A stretch of 64,000 nt of DNA, taken from a bacterium. Its GTDB lineage: Bacteria; Desulfobacterota; DSWW01. Numbering within the stretch: position 1 is the stretch's first letter; each line of letters starts with the position of its first letter. Positions 63,930 through 64,000 of this stretch are shown here, one piece after another. Made by a program: the position numbers and the translations under genes. Where the stretch lies: assembly GCA_040756235.1 (NCBI GenBank), contig JBFLZG010000084.1, forward strand, positions 42,316 to 106,315. The letters are read 5' to 3'. Under the pieces are notes generated by a model, which saw nothing but the letters and a program-made list of their open reading frames with translations, was not told where the DNA came from and did not search any database.

Positions 63930-64000
63930 GGAAATCATGCGGCCGCGCCTCCGAGTCCTCCGGAATGAGTGGTCGCACGAGGGTCTGACCGGATTTATGA

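Overview
A 64-kb window from a high-GC anaerobe; gene content points to Desulfobacterota or a related deltaproteobacterium. From left to right it holds: (1) a PadR-SDR-glycyl-radical-enzyme operon running off the left edge; (2) two Hsp20 genes around a J-domain remnant interrupted by a repeat element; (3) a 2624-aa secreted surface protein (beta-propeller, DUF11-like, HExxH cargo, 6 PKD-like repeats, Cys-rich repeats) behind a c-di-GMP-I (GEMM-I) riboswitch; (4) FBP aldolase/phosphatase, a UroD/MtaA-like methyltransferase plus corrinoid protein, Fe-S proteins and a CoA-disulfide reductase-rhodanese; (5) an in-frame fusion of the HgcA N-terminus to the HgcB C-terminus, most simply a deleted mercury-methylation locus; (6) a ~21-kb sigma54-linked module with a porin, a TauE-family permease and small membrane proteins, an atypical PEP-synthase-like enzyme, a receiver-DASS fusion and many two-component proteins; (7) a group 3 [NiFe]-hydrogenase operon of HydABC-SL type whose NuoF/HydB subunit is fused to a GltD/NfnB-like module. 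Four sigma54 promoters share a tandem 17-bp upstream box, suggesting one local regulon. A modular MITE-like repeat occurs at least 7 times, alongside several REP-like palindromes. No rRNA, tRNA, CRISPR array or intact transposase was seen. All assignments come from reading motifs by eye; no searches were run.
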